A stretch of 64,000 bases of DNA, taken from NCBI GenBank assembly GCA_965218795.1, contig OZ244653.1:4672001-4736000 (forward strand), given 5' to 3'. Source of the DNA: a bacterium. GTDB lineage: Bacteria; UBA8248; JACPRG01; G963555815. Under the pieces are notes generated by a model that saw nothing but the letters and a program-made list of their open reading frames with translations, ran no database searches and was not told the origin of the DNA. The translations under genes were made by a program, and so were the position numbers. Positions 21,382-30,869 of this stretch are shown here, piece after piece. Every line of letters begins with the position of its first letter. The first letter of the stretch is position 1.

Positions 21382-22107
21382 TCGCGCCTCCCTCCTCCGT
21401 CCGTCCCCTCCGTCGTCCGAGGTCGAGACCCGCCGCCGCGCCGAGGCCCAGGTCTCCAGGTCGGCGAGCAGGTAGCGCACCCGGGCCCCGAACCGGTGGA
21501 ACACCGGTCCCTCGCCGCTCACCCGGTAGCGGTCCAGGGTCCTCGGCGAGAGGCCCAGCCATGCGGCCGCCTCCCGCGTGCTCATGTAATGCCTGCCGTT
21601 GTTGTCGCTCATGCACTTGTCTCCTTCTCGCTTGTGGGTGGATGAACCGGGCCGGAACGCCCCGGCAAGAGGGTTCTTGTCCGTCACCCCGGCGCGGATG
21701 GCCCGGGCCTCTTCCGCGCTCGCATGGGCCGCCATCCAGGCGCGCACCCGATCGACCGTGGTCAGCCGCGGCGACACTCCCCGGCGCAGCCTTCCCACGA
21801 AGGACGGATTGCCGGCGGCCTCCAGGCCCAATACCGAGAGCTTGGTCCCGGTCACGGCCAGGAATGCCTCGACCTCGCGCCGGAACACAGGACCCAGGGG
21901 CGGATCCCCCATGAAGACCAGCACCCGGTCCGCCGTGGCCAGCCGCAGCGAACGCCCCCGCATCTGGGAGGCCACGAAACCCGGGTCCCCGAGGGCTTCC
22001 ATGCCGAAGCGCCGGGCGCTCATGCCGTGGCGTGCGCGCCAGGCCGCAACGGTCCGGCGGAGGCGCTCGTCGAAAGGCATATCGGAGGGGGTGCCAGGCG
22101 TTGTCAT
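21379..22107 (-). CDS. Regulator with two Cro-like repeats and a C-terminal AlpA/excisionase-type HTH
   Basis: Repeats 'FGMEALGDPGFV' and 'LGLEAAGNPSFV'; C-terminal 'YMSTREAAAWLGLSPRTLDRYRVSGEGP.F.RFG.RVRY...DL..W'. The start codon is uncertain. Confidence 0.75.
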   Translation of the reverse strand: MTTPGTPSDMPFDERLRRTVAAWRARHGMSARRFGMEALGDPGFVASQMRGRSLRLATADRVLVFMGDPPLGPVFRREVEAFLAVTGTKLSVLGLEAAGNPSFVGRLRRGVSPRLTTVDRVRAWMAAHASAEEARAIRAGVTDKNPLAGAFRPGSSTHKREGDKCMSDNNGRHYMSTREAAAWLGLSPRTLDRYRVSGEGPVFHRFGARVRYLLADLETWASARRRVSTSDDGGDGRRREAR

Positions 22108-22114
22108 GTGCATG

Positions 22115-22200
22115 AAAATAAAGGGGAGATTCGCGCTTGATAATAGGTATAAATAGTGTATAACCTGCAGTTGGATTACATTCGTATGCACGTCCGCGGT
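22115..22200. promoter_or_regulatory. AT-rich divergent promoter/operator region
   Basis: Sharp AT-rich island in very GC-rich DNA between divergent regulators, with imperfect palindrome TGTATAACCTGCAGTTGGATTACA at 22157-22180. Confidence 0.5.
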
Positions 22201-22255
22201 GGAATGCGCGGGGGTGCGGCAAAAAACCGGGGAGACGGCAGGTGGAAGGGAAAGG

Positions 22256-22999
22256 ATGAACCTAGAGGGAAAGACGGACGAAAGGGAGGCGATCAGGCGC
22301 GACCCGGTCCGGCTCAGGCTGAGGGACCAGCTCCGGCGCAACGACCTCACTCTCGCCGCCGCGTCGCTGGCCATCGGTCGTAACAAGACCTATCTGCAGC
22401 AGTACGTGGACCGCGGGGTGCCCGCGGTCCTCGGCTATCGCGACAGCGAGGCCCTGGCCGACCTGCTCGGCTGCGGTCCCGGGCAGCTGCGACACGAGAC
22501 CGTGCCCAAACGCAGGCCCATGAAGCGCAGACGGCCCCGGCCGCCGGCCGGGCTTCCCGGCGCCCCGGTGGCGGCCATCCCGGAGATCGCGGTGGAGGCC
22601 GGGGCCGGGGCGGGAGCGCTTGCCGAGGAGTTCGTCTCCGAGACGGCGCGCTGGCACTGGCCGGAGAACATGCTCCGCTACGAGGGCGGCACGGCGCCCG
22701 AGAACGTGCGCATCCTCAGGGTGCGGGGCAACTCGATGCAGCCGGAGATGCGCGAGGGCGACCGGATCGTGGTGGACGTCTCGCGCCGTTTGCCGTCAAC
22801 GGGGGAGACGTTCGTGCTGTGGGACGGCAACGGGCTGGTGGTCAAGCAGGTCGAGGCGGTGCAAAGCCATGGGGCGGGCGAGGACAAACCGCCCCGGCTC
22901 AGGCTGATCTCCGCCAACCCGGACTACGCCCCCTACTCATGCCTCGCCCAGGACGTCCACGTCCTCGGCAAGGTGTTGTGGGTGGTAAGAAGGGTGTGA
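22256..22999 (+). CDS. CI/LexA-like repressor with S24 autopeptidase domain
   Basis: N-terminal HTH ('ASLAIGRNKTYLQQY'), Ala-Gly site 'AGAG', and Ser/Lys dyad 'VRGNSMQP...VVKQV'. Confidence 0.88.
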   Translation: MNLEGKTDEREAIRRDPVRLRLRDQLRRNDLTLAAASLAIGRNKTYLQQYVDRGVPAVLGYRDSEALADLLGCGPGQLRHETVPKRRPMKRRRPRPPAGLPGAPVAAIPEIAVEAGAGAGALAEEFVSETARWHWPENMLRYEGGTAPENVRILRVRGNSMQPEMREGDRIVVDVSRRLPSTGETFVLWDGNGLVVKQVEAVQSHGAGEDKPPRLRLISANPDYAPYSCLAQDVHVLGKVLWVVRRV

Positions 23000-23188
23000 G
23001 CGCATGGGTCCGGGAATCAAGGGAGGCGTGGACCGGGACGGTCGAACCCTTGCACATGCTTCCGGGTGGTCATACGGATCGAACCCGTCACCGCCTTGAC
23101 CCGCATACAGGGAACCGGTCCATGATGGAAGCGCACTGGCGTTCCGATCCACGATCGCCTATATTTCTTCCAGAATGGAGGAAGCATA

Positions 23189-23812
23189 ATGGCGACGAGC
23201 ATTGTGTCCCAGACCCTGTCGGCGAACGAGGCGGCCTGTGTGACCGGCGTTCCCCTGAAACAGGTCCACCGCATCATCGACGCTGGCCTGTTGGGCAGCG
23301 CCGCCACAAACCACAAGGGCTCCCGTGTCGTCCTTCGCGACGGCTTGGTGGGCCTGAAGCTCGCCCACGAGACGACGGACACCCTCACCCTCGATGGACG
23401 CCGCCGGCTCGTGCGCTATCTCCTCGACAATCCGGAGGCCCGGGCGGCCCGTGAGAGCCACGTTTCCGTGGACGTACGGCTCATGAAGGGCGAAGTCCGG
23501 CGAGGGCTTTCCACGCTGGCAAGGGCGCGGAAGATGATCGCGGCCGACAAGGCCGTACTCTCCGGCGCCGCGTGCATTAAGGGAACCCGCATACCCGCTC
23601 ACGATATCGCCGAAATGCTCGCCAACGGCGACGGCGTTCACGCAATCCGCGACGCCTACCCGGCGCTCACTGGTGCACAGATCGAAGCCGCGGTCCTCTA
23701 TGCCCGGGCCTACCCGCGCCGTGGCCGTCCCCGTGGCGAGCCCTTCTGGCGCAACCGAAAGCCGGTCATCTCGAGCGAGGTCGCCTTCCACGAGCTGCCT
23801 CCGACCCGGTGA
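23189..23812 (+). CDS. DUF433-domain antitoxin with N-terminal HTH
   Basis: 'VLSGAACIKGTRIP..DIAEML..G.....I...YP.LT..QI.AA..YA'. Confidence 0.85.
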   Translation: MATSIVSQTLSANEAACVTGVPLKQVHRIIDAGLLGSAATNHKGSRVVLRDGLVGLKLAHETTDTLTLDGRRRLVRYLLDNPEARAARESHVSVDVRLMKGEVRRGLSTLARARKMIAADKAVLSGAACIKGTRIPAHDIAEMLANGDGVHAIRDAYPALTGAQIEAAVLYARAYPRRGRPRGEPFWRNRKPVISSEVAFHELPPTR

Positions 23813-24071
23813 AGTTTCTGATCGACGAATGTCTGAGCCCCACGCTCGCGACCATCGCCCGAAAACAAGGGTTCCCGCAATCGACGCACGTGAGCTGGCT
23901 CGGGTTGAGGTCCAGGAAGGACTGGCTCCTCGTCCGGCGCGCGATCCGGGACGGGTATGTGCTCGTGACGAACGACACGGCGGATTTTACGTCGCTGATG
24001 GAGCGGGAGCACCGCCATCCCGGTCTGGTCTGCATGAACGTGGCGCATGGCCTCATGAGCCTCGACGTGCA
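23809..24071 (+). pseudogene. DUF5615 PIN-like toxin, 3' end cut by IS3
   Basis: 'MKFLIDECLSP', 'HV..LGL....D', 'LVTNDTADF', 'HPGLV'. Overlaps the antitoxin stop, and the IS IR begins at 24072. Confidence 0.82.
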
Positions 24072-25257
24072 TGGAGTTGCCCCGTTTTTGTGGACACCTT
24101 CAGACTGTGCGGAGGAGGTGTTCAGATGGCGAGAACTCATTCACCCTACGCGCCGGAATACCGGCGCCAGATGGTTGAGTTGGTTCGCTCGGGAGACCGG
24201 CTCGGTCCGGGCGAAGTCTTCGAACTCGTGAAGGCGAATCAGGCCTGCCATCGGGTGGCCACGATGTGCCGTCGGCTGGGTGTCTCCCCAGCGGATACTA
24301 CGCGTGGCGAAGCCGTGGGCGTTCGAATCGTGCGAAGCGCGACGAGGAGCTGCGCGGCACGATCCGGGCCATCCACGAGGGCTCTGGTGGCACCTATGGG
24401 GCGCCTCGGGTCCATGCCGAACTCGTGGCCAACGGGCGCCGGGTGAGCCGCAAACGGGTGGCTCGGCTGATGCGCGAGTCGGGCTTGGCCGGGGTGAGCC
24501 GGCGCCGAGGCACGGGTACTACGCGCGTGGACCCGAGCCATCGTGCGGTCCCGGACCGGGTCGAACGCCAGTTCCAGGCCGATGGGCCGGACCGAATCTG
24601 GGTGGCCGACATCACCTACGTGCCGACCTGGACGGGGTTCGTGTACCTGGCCATCGTGCTCGACGTGTTCAGCCGCCGGGTGGTGGGATGGTCCATGACC
24701 CACCATCTTCGCACCGAACTGGTGCTCGGGGTCCTGAACATGGCGTTGGGACAGCGCCGCCCCCAAGGGGTCGTACATCACTCCGACCAGGGCTCGCAGT
24801 ACACCTCGCTTGCCTTTGGGAAGCGGTGCCGGGAGATGGGGGTGGTTCCGTCGACCGGGTCGGCCGGGGATTGCTTCGACAACGCCATGGCCGAGAGCTT
24901 CTTCGCCACGCTGGAGTGCGAGCTCATCGACCGGCGCTCGTTCCGTACCCAGGCCGAAGCGCGCATGGCGATCTTCCAATTCATCGAAGGCTGGTACAAC
25001 CCACGCCGTCGTCATTCGGCCCTGGGTTACCTCAGCCCCAACGACTTCGAACGCGCCGTGGCGAAGGAAACGCCACGTGCAGTGCGCAACGCTCATCGTC
25101 CGGCTCGAACCGTCCCCGGTGCTTCCCGGAGCAGCGAGCCGGGGGTACCCTATCTACATCTACCGGATAGGGAGAAGACTTTACGTCCACCGGCTTTCGC
25201 CCACCGCAGGACTGGTGGCGACAGCCCAAACCCGTCCACTGAAACGGGGTAAATCCA
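24072..25257 (+). mobile_element. IS3-family insertion sequence, defective (orfA deleted, orfB frameshifted)
   Basis: IRs TGGAGTTGCCCCGTTTTTGTGGAC and GTCCACTGAAACGGGGTAAATCCA. DDE motifs 'WVADITY', 'HHSDQGSQY', 'DNAMAESFF', 'YNPRRRHSALGY.SP'. Confidence 0.95.
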
Positions 25258-25879
25258 GGGGCAAGTGTTTCCAGTAACGAACGCCGATCTCCGCCAGCGC
25301 ACAGCGGTTGCGGCGCCCGCGTTGGATCCGGTAGCTTCCGTCGCAATGCTGTTCGCAATAGACCGGATCGTCAGGACGCAGTCGCGGGCGCGAGCAGGTG
25401 CCAAAGTCCTGCTCGGTGAACTTGCATTCGACGGCGACCCGCTTTTCCGGTCCACGGAGCAACACGTCGATACTGGTCGGTCTCGGCTCTTCCAGGCAGT
25501 GCACCTCGTACTCGAAGTCCAACGCCGAGCCGCGGTGGTCTTCAAAGAAGGCCGGTCGCCCGCACTCGGCGGACACATCCCGAAGCAGATCAAGCCGGTC
25601 GAAGGCGCGGACCGCCCCGAACACGCTTTGGGTCAGTGCCTGGGAGCTCTTCAGGCTACCAAACCATTTATGCCGCTGGTTTTGAGGAATGGCGGCACGG
25701 ATGTCATTCGCTTTCGACCCATCCGGCGGAACCAAGACCCCCTTCAAGGCGAACTTGTCTGCGAGAACAGGTGGACGCCCCTGCCGCTTGCCGCCGTCGA
25801 GTTCGCCCCTGTGGTGTCGGTTGGCCCAGGTCCACAAAGCCCGGAGCACTGCCTTTTCATAATCGGCATAGCTCATCAT
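25258..25879 (-). pseudogene. PGN_0703-like putative restriction endonuclease, 3' end cut by IS3
   Basis: 'HKWFGSLKSSQAL', 'DFEY', 'PTSIDV', 'VECKFTE..FG.CS' (PD-(D/E)xK fold). The frame runs into the IS right IR. Confidence 0.7.
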
Positions 25880-26008
25880 CGCCAATTCTCCACGACGCTC
25901 ACTTCGTTGACCCAATGAAGAAAAGAACGAACAATCTATTCAGTGAGCGCATTCCTGCACACCTCTGCGCATGTGTGTCGCAATCGAGCGGCAAGACTGA
26001 CAATCCGT

Positions 26009-26051
26009 CTCATACCCGAAGGCCGCGGGTTCGAATCCTGCCCCGCAACCA
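26009..26051 (+). other. att-like site: degenerate 3' half of initiator tRNA-Met
   Basis: CTCATACCCGAAGGCCGCGGGTTCGAATCCTGCCCCGCAACCA gives the CAT anticodon loop, T-arm and CCA end, with no 5' half upstream. Confidence 0.8.
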
Positions 26052-26161
26052 GATGAAACATCGCTAACTTGTCCACTTAACCATCTTGGCTAACGAATAG
26101 ATTGATGGTTTCGATGGGCCTTCGGCCCTGGTTTCGATACCCCGGATGGGGTCGTTCGGTG

Positions 26162-26297
26162 TGGATTCCCGTTGCAGCCTGCACTCGAATGTTCCCCGCT
26201 TACTGCCTGCGGGGACAAGCTCAGTCGGGGGCGGGAATGACAAGACGGGGGGCTGCATGGTCTCTGTTCTGTCATTCCTGCGCAAGCAGGAATCCAG
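26162..26297. repeat. REP-like palindromic element pair
   Basis: TGGATTCCCG...GCGGGAATGAC is followed by the inverted unit GTCATTCCTGCGCAAGCAGGAATCCAG. Confidence 0.65.
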
Positions 26298-26862
26298 AGG
26301 AGGGGGTCAGCTGGCAGGTTGCCATAGGAATCCGGGGGCAGGCCCCGATACGTTGTCCAGTTCGCGCCAACTCCAGAACGCTCAGTCGGTGCTCGGCCGG
26401 CTCGCCGCCGCGCGCTTCCCATCCCATCTCACCTTTGACAGCCTCCTTATTCAGTATGAAATAGCACGGAAAGTCGGTGCGCTCAAGGGCGCGGTGACGC
26501 TCTCCCCGGGTATGGACTGACCTCTCCTGCTGGAGGGGAATGGAACGCCGCGCGATAGCCGGCAATGCCTGTCTTTCTTCTCGATACCTGCGCCGTGATT
26601 TGGGTCGCGAACGGCGACCGCCTGCGAGAACCTGCCGCTCGTGGCAGATTGCTTGGCCACCGAACCACCGCCGGCTACCGGCGAGGCGCCCAGGCCGTAT
26701 TTGCGCCCGGCGACACTTCCCCGCCGAACCGTGGTGGCTGACCTCGTGCGCTGAGCTGGCCGGGCCGGCTCTCGGCGGAGCCAATCGGAGGGGAATCCGG
26801 TTGTTTTTCGCCAATACAGATGGGACCTCGGGCGACAACCGGGCTTCTTGTGGAGATTGACA

Positions 26863-27861
26863 ATGAAAAGGCAGTTTTGCAAAGCTGCGATCATCGCGGT
26901 CTCGGCGCTGTTCGGCGCGGCCGGCGGTGCGCACGCGGTCGATGTTACGGTCGGCTATCAGCTCGTTTACGGGCCGTGGAAGGCGAAGATGAAGGAACTC
27001 GCGGCGAACGGTCTCGGAGGCAAGAGCATCGAGTTTGTGAAGTTCACCTCCGGCACCGAGGTGAACAACGCCATGGCCTCGGGCTCGGTGGACATCTCTC
27101 TCAACGGCTCCTCGTCGACCGCGGCGGGCTACAGCCGGGGCGTCGATCTGCAGGTCATCTACATCTATGACGACATCAACGATGCGGAAGCGCTGGTCGT
27201 CGACGATTCGATCACTGCTCCGCAGGACCTCGTCGGCAAGACGATCGCAGTGCCCTTCGGCTCCACCACGCACTTTCACATGATGTTCGCGCTTGAGCAA
27301 TTCAACATCTCGCCGAAGGATCTCGACGTGCTCGACATGTCGCCGCCGGACATGGTTGCGGCCTGGGAGCGCGGTGACATCAACGGCGGGTTCGTCTGGG
27401 ACCCCGCGCTCGGCCGCATGAAGGAGAAGGGCCGCGTGCTGTTGACTTCCGGCACTCTCAACAACTGGGGCAAGGCCACCTTCGATGCGATGGTCGCCCG
27501 CAAGGGGTTCACCGACAGGCATCCGGATTTTGCGGGCCAGTGGGTCAAGATGGTGTCGTCGGCCGATGCCGATTATCGCGCCAACCTGAACGCCTACGGT
27601 CCGGGAAGCGACAACGCCATGGCGATTGCCAGGAGTGTGTCCGGCAACGCGGACCAAGTGGGTGGGGTGCTCGCTCTGTACGGCTATCCGACCCTCGAGG
27701 AGCAGGTATCTGGCACTTGGCTCGGGGGCGGCGTGCAAAATGCTCTGAGGGCGGCATCGGAGTTCCTCATGTCACAGGGCAAGCTGGACCAAGTGCTGGA
27801 CAGCTACGCCGCCGCCGCGACGCCCAAATTCGCGCAGATGGTCCTGGACGGCGAGTGCTGA
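26863..27861 (+). CDS. tauA: Taurine ABC transporter substrate-binding protein
   Basis: Signal peptide, 'VTVGYQ', 'F.SG', 'AVPFGSTTHF', 'AAWERGDI.G.FVWDPAL', 'GKATFD'. Confidence 0.85.
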   Translation: MKRQFCKAAIIAVSALFGAAGGAHAVDVTVGYQLVYGPWKAKMKELAANGLGGKSIEFVKFTSGTEVNNAMASGSVDISLNGSSSTAAGYSRGVDLQVIYIYDDINDAEALVVDDSITAPQDLVGKTIAVPFGSTTHFHMMFALEQFNISPKDLDVLDMSPPDMVAAWERGDINGGFVWDPALGRMKEKGRVLLTSGTLNNWGKATFDAMVARKGFTDRHPDFAGQWVKMVSSADADYRANLNAYGPGSDNAMAIARSVSGNADQVGGVLALYGYPTLEEQVSGTWLGGGVQNALRAASEFLMSQGKLDQVLDSYAAAATPKFAQMVLDGEC

Positions 27862-28065
27862 CCGCGCCGGCCAACCTTCCCGCCGCGCCGACCGCGTTCA
27901 GGAGATTGGCGAACGGCCCATAGCGAGACCGCTCTCCGGTCGCGCCGCCCGAGCCTGTGAAATGGAACGGAGGCACGATGCGGACGCCTTTCGGCGGTTG
28001 GTTGTCACACCCGACGCATCGTTGATGCCCTCATTCCAGAGCCACTCTCCTTGGATGGGCGAAGG

Positions 28066-29094
28066 TCAGCCGCTGTCTGATGTCGAACCCCCGTCCATCG
28101 CCGCCCGGATGGCCTGCTGAATCGGGCTCAGAACGCGTGGAATCGCCTCCTCCAACGGTCCGGGAACACGAATGCCGGCGGCAAAGGGATGACCGCCGCC
28201 GCCCAGCGCCATGGCGACCTCATTGACCCTGACCAGACCTTTGGACCGTACGCTGGTGCGGATGATGCCGGAGTCCAGCTCGATGAATAAAACGCTGGCC
28301 TGGACCCCATTCAGCATTCGCGGAAAATCCACGAAGTCTTCCGTGTCCTGAGGCCTGGCCCCCGCCTCCCGAAGCATTTCCCGGGTGACGGCTATCCAGC
28401 CAACCCGGCCGTCCGGAGTGACATTCAACTTGCTCAGGGCAAGCCCAAGCAGGCGCAAGCGCGCAGGATGCGTTGATTCATAGATATTCGAATACACGAC
28501 CTCGGCCCGGACGCCCAAGTCCAAGAGCTCCGCCGCGATCTGGTGTGTTCTGACGTTTGTATTGTTGAACCGGAAGGAGCCCGTATCGGTCATGATGGCG
28601 GAGTACAGGGCCTCGGCCACAGGCAGGGAGAGCGGACGACCGTAAGACTTGATGAGATCGAAGATGATCTCACCGGTTGCGCAGGCGCGCTCGTTGATGA
28701 CCTGCGGGTTGCCGAAAGGGCCCTCGCTCGGGTGATGATCGACGCACAGAACCGGGAGCCCCGACTGATGCGCCGTCTCGGTCATCGGCCCCATTCGCTC
28801 CCACTTGCCGAAGTCCAGGGCGACGAGCAGGTCCACTTCCTGGGGAAGAGGGCGGTCGGGGCGAAACTCCTGAATAATCCCCTCGGGGTCCAGAAATTCG
28901 CAAAAAGAAGGCGTGGGAGACCCGTTGATCACGCTCGCCCTTCGTCCCTGATCATCGAGGAATCGGTACAGGGCCATTTCGGACCCGATACCGTCGCAAT
29001 CGGGATTGACATGGGTTGTGATCAGGGGATGTTCGTAACGGTCCAGCGCTTCACGGACAAGAACGAGACGCTCTTCGGGCGTTCCCGGGTTCAT
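28066..29094 (-). CDS. nrnA: DHH/DHHA1 phosphoesterase (NrnA-like nanoRNase/pAp phosphatase)
   Basis: 'THVNPDCDGIGS', 'VDHH', 'TDTGSFRF', 'S.RS...GGGGH..AAG'. Confidence 0.9.
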   Translation of the reverse strand: MNPGTPEERLVLVREALDRYEHPLITTHVNPDCDGIGSEMALYRFLDDQGRRASVINGSPTPSFCEFLDPEGIIQEFRPDRPLPQEVDLLVALDFGKWERMGPMTETAHQSGLPVLCVDHHPSEGPFGNPQVINERACATGEIIFDLIKSYGRPLSLPVAEALYSAIMTDTGSFRFNNTNVRTHQIAAELLDLGVRAEVVYSNIYESTHPARLRLLGLALSKLNVTPDGRVGWIAVTREMLREAGARPQDTEDFVDFPRMLNGVQASVLFIELDSGIIRTSVRSKGLVRVNEVAMALGGGGHPFAAGIRVPGPLEEAIPRVLSPIQQAIRAAMDGGSTSDSG

Positions 29095-29095
29095 C

Positions 29096-30289
29096 TTACC
29101 GGCCGGGTTCTATTTCGGGTACATGACTCAATTGGTCCAAGACTCGTTCACGGATTTCCGCAGCCGAATATAAGGGACGGACGACTCGACCGTTCTCAAT
29201 CAGACGGGTCAAGAGGTCCTCCCCACCGCCCCCCTCGCTCTCAGAGGCCCTCTTCAGTGGAATGATTTCGTCCTCCAGTGTTTCTGGATTTCGAAGAACC
29301 GTCTTGGCTCCTGATGACTTGCCCCGCTTGGCGAACGGCACGCCCTCGACCTCGACAATATCCATCGAGAAATCCACAACGGCCGCGCTGCTGATGCTGG
29401 TCCCCACGCCGTACCCATCGACATGGGTGCGAAGATCGAATATCGCCGCTTCGTCCAGTCCGCCGCTCACGAAAATCTGGACATCCTGGAAGCCGCGGAG
29501 GTCGAGCTCCCACCGGACTTCCTGAAGAATCTGGATGAAGTCGCCCCGACGGGAGGAAGGGGTATCCAAGCGGACGGCCGCCAAACGGTCCCCCAAAGCC
29601 TCAGCGACCCGGACAGCCTCGAATTTTTCATCGGCAAAGGTGTCAATCAGCGCAACGCGCCGAGCCTGCGGCTCAATGACCTCGTCGAACGCTTTCATGG
29701 CGGTGACCGTATCCCCCATCAGGAGCATCAGGGTGTGTGGTGTCGTCCCGGAGGCCTGTATCCCGAGAAGCTCGCCGCTCTTGACCGCCGCCACCCCGTC
29801 GCATCCTCCGATGTATGCGTTCCGCTCGACCATCGGCGCGATGGTCGGGTGAATTCGACGGGCGCCAAACATGATCAAGGGGACTTCCTTCGCGAGCATC
29901 CGGCACCGTGCCGCCTTTGTGGCAATGCCGGTCGCCTGGCAGAGGTATCCCAGAATGGCGGTTTCGTAGATTCCGAAGTCTGCATAATCTCCTTCGATTT
30001 CCATCACCGGCTGAAACGGCCGGAAGACCGTTCCCTCTTCCATGCAACGGACGTTGACCGGAAGATCCCGAAACAGGTCCACGGCTTCTTCCACCCCGGC
30101 CAATAGTCCCCAGGGCCACTGGTTGGGAAGGGACTTGGCGACGAATTCAGCGCGGACCCGTTTTTGAATGCCCTTGGCCCGCAGGATCTTCAAGGTCCGC
30201 TGGAAGTAGATGTCCGAAACCCGCCCTTCTTTGATCTCCGCATGGGTGGCCGTCTGGCGGACGAGCTTGTCTGGATCGATGGGCGGCAT
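29096..30289 (-). CDS. pncB: Nicotinate phosphoribosyltransferase
   Basis: 'SDIYF', 'FGARR.HP', 'GTTPH', 'VRLDTPSSRRG', 'SGGLDE', 'YGVGT'. Confidence 0.9.
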   Translation of the reverse strand: MPPIDPDKLVRQTATHAEIKEGRVSDIYFQRTLKILRAKGIQKRVRAEFVAKSLPNQWPWGLLAGVEEAVDLFRDLPVNVRCMEEGTVFRPFQPVMEIEGDYADFGIYETAILGYLCQATGIATKAARCRMLAKEVPLIMFGARRIHPTIAPMVERNAYIGGCDGVAAVKSGELLGIQASGTTPHTLMLLMGDTVTAMKAFDEVIEPQARRVALIDTFADEKFEAVRVAEALGDRLAAVRLDTPSSRRGDFIQILQEVRWELDLRGFQDVQIFVSGGLDEAAIFDLRTHVDGYGVGTSISSAAVVDFSMDIVEVEGVPFAKRGKSSGAKTVLRNPETLEDEIIPLKRASESEGGGGEDLLTRLIENGRVVRPLYSAAEIRERVLDQLSHVPEIEPGR

Positions 30290-30330
30290 AGGTTGGGGAC
30301 TCGAAAGGAGTCAGAGGGGTGGCAAGAGGA

Positions 30331-30789
30331 TCAGTTCTTGTACTCTACGGGTTGCCACTCCAAGACACCGAGGAGCTGCTCCATGTTCAGCGTCTGCTCC
30401 CGTCGGTTGTCGGTCGCCATCTCATAATGAGGGGAGTGGATGATGGACTTCGGGTCCGTGGGACAGGCCTCGACGCAAAGTCCGCACCACATGCAACGGG
30501 TAAAATCGATGAGAAACTCCTTGGCGCGCCGTTCCTTACCCTGACCGATCGGCTGAATGGTGATGCAGTCCGTCGGGCAGGCGATCTCGCAGAGCAGGCA
30601 CCCGATACAATAGGCCTCCCCATTTTCATCCTTCGTGAGAGCGAGCACTCCTCGGGATCGTTCTGGAAGCACTGGGCGTTCCATGGGGTACTGGAGGGTG
30701 ATGGGTTTTTTGAACAGATGTTTGAACGTCGTAGCCAGCCCTTTCCGGATATCACCCAGAAACAGCGTGTTCATCACTTTACTCAGCAT
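30331..30789 (-). CDS. nuoI: NuoI-like 2x[4Fe-4S] subunit, stand-alone
   Basis: 'TLQYP.E......RG', 'CIGCLLCEIACP', 'CMWCGLCVEACP'. Confidence 0.85.
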   Translation of the reverse strand: MLSKVMNTLFLGDIRKGLATTFKHLFKKPITLQYPMERPVLPERSRGVLALTKDENGEAYCIGCLLCEIACPTDCITIQPIGQGKERRAKEFLIDFTRCMWCGLCVEACPTDPKSIIHSPHYEMATDNRREQTLNMEQLLGVLEWQPVEYKN

Positions 30790-30869
30790 GAAGTCTCCTC
30801 TCCCTCACCCGTTTGGCCAGAACCCCGATTTTGGAGCGGTCTCACGGAAAGGTCCCGATCGATCCGCTT

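Noticed and set aside
24280-24295. Programmed -1 frameshift of IS3
   Set aside because: The shift lies inside orfB at a C run (GVSPSGYY is one C short), not at the orfA/orfB overlap. It is a mutation or homopolymer error.
26009-26051. Functional tRNA-Met gene
   Set aside because: The 5' acceptor strand and D-arm are absent, so it is only a 3' fragment.
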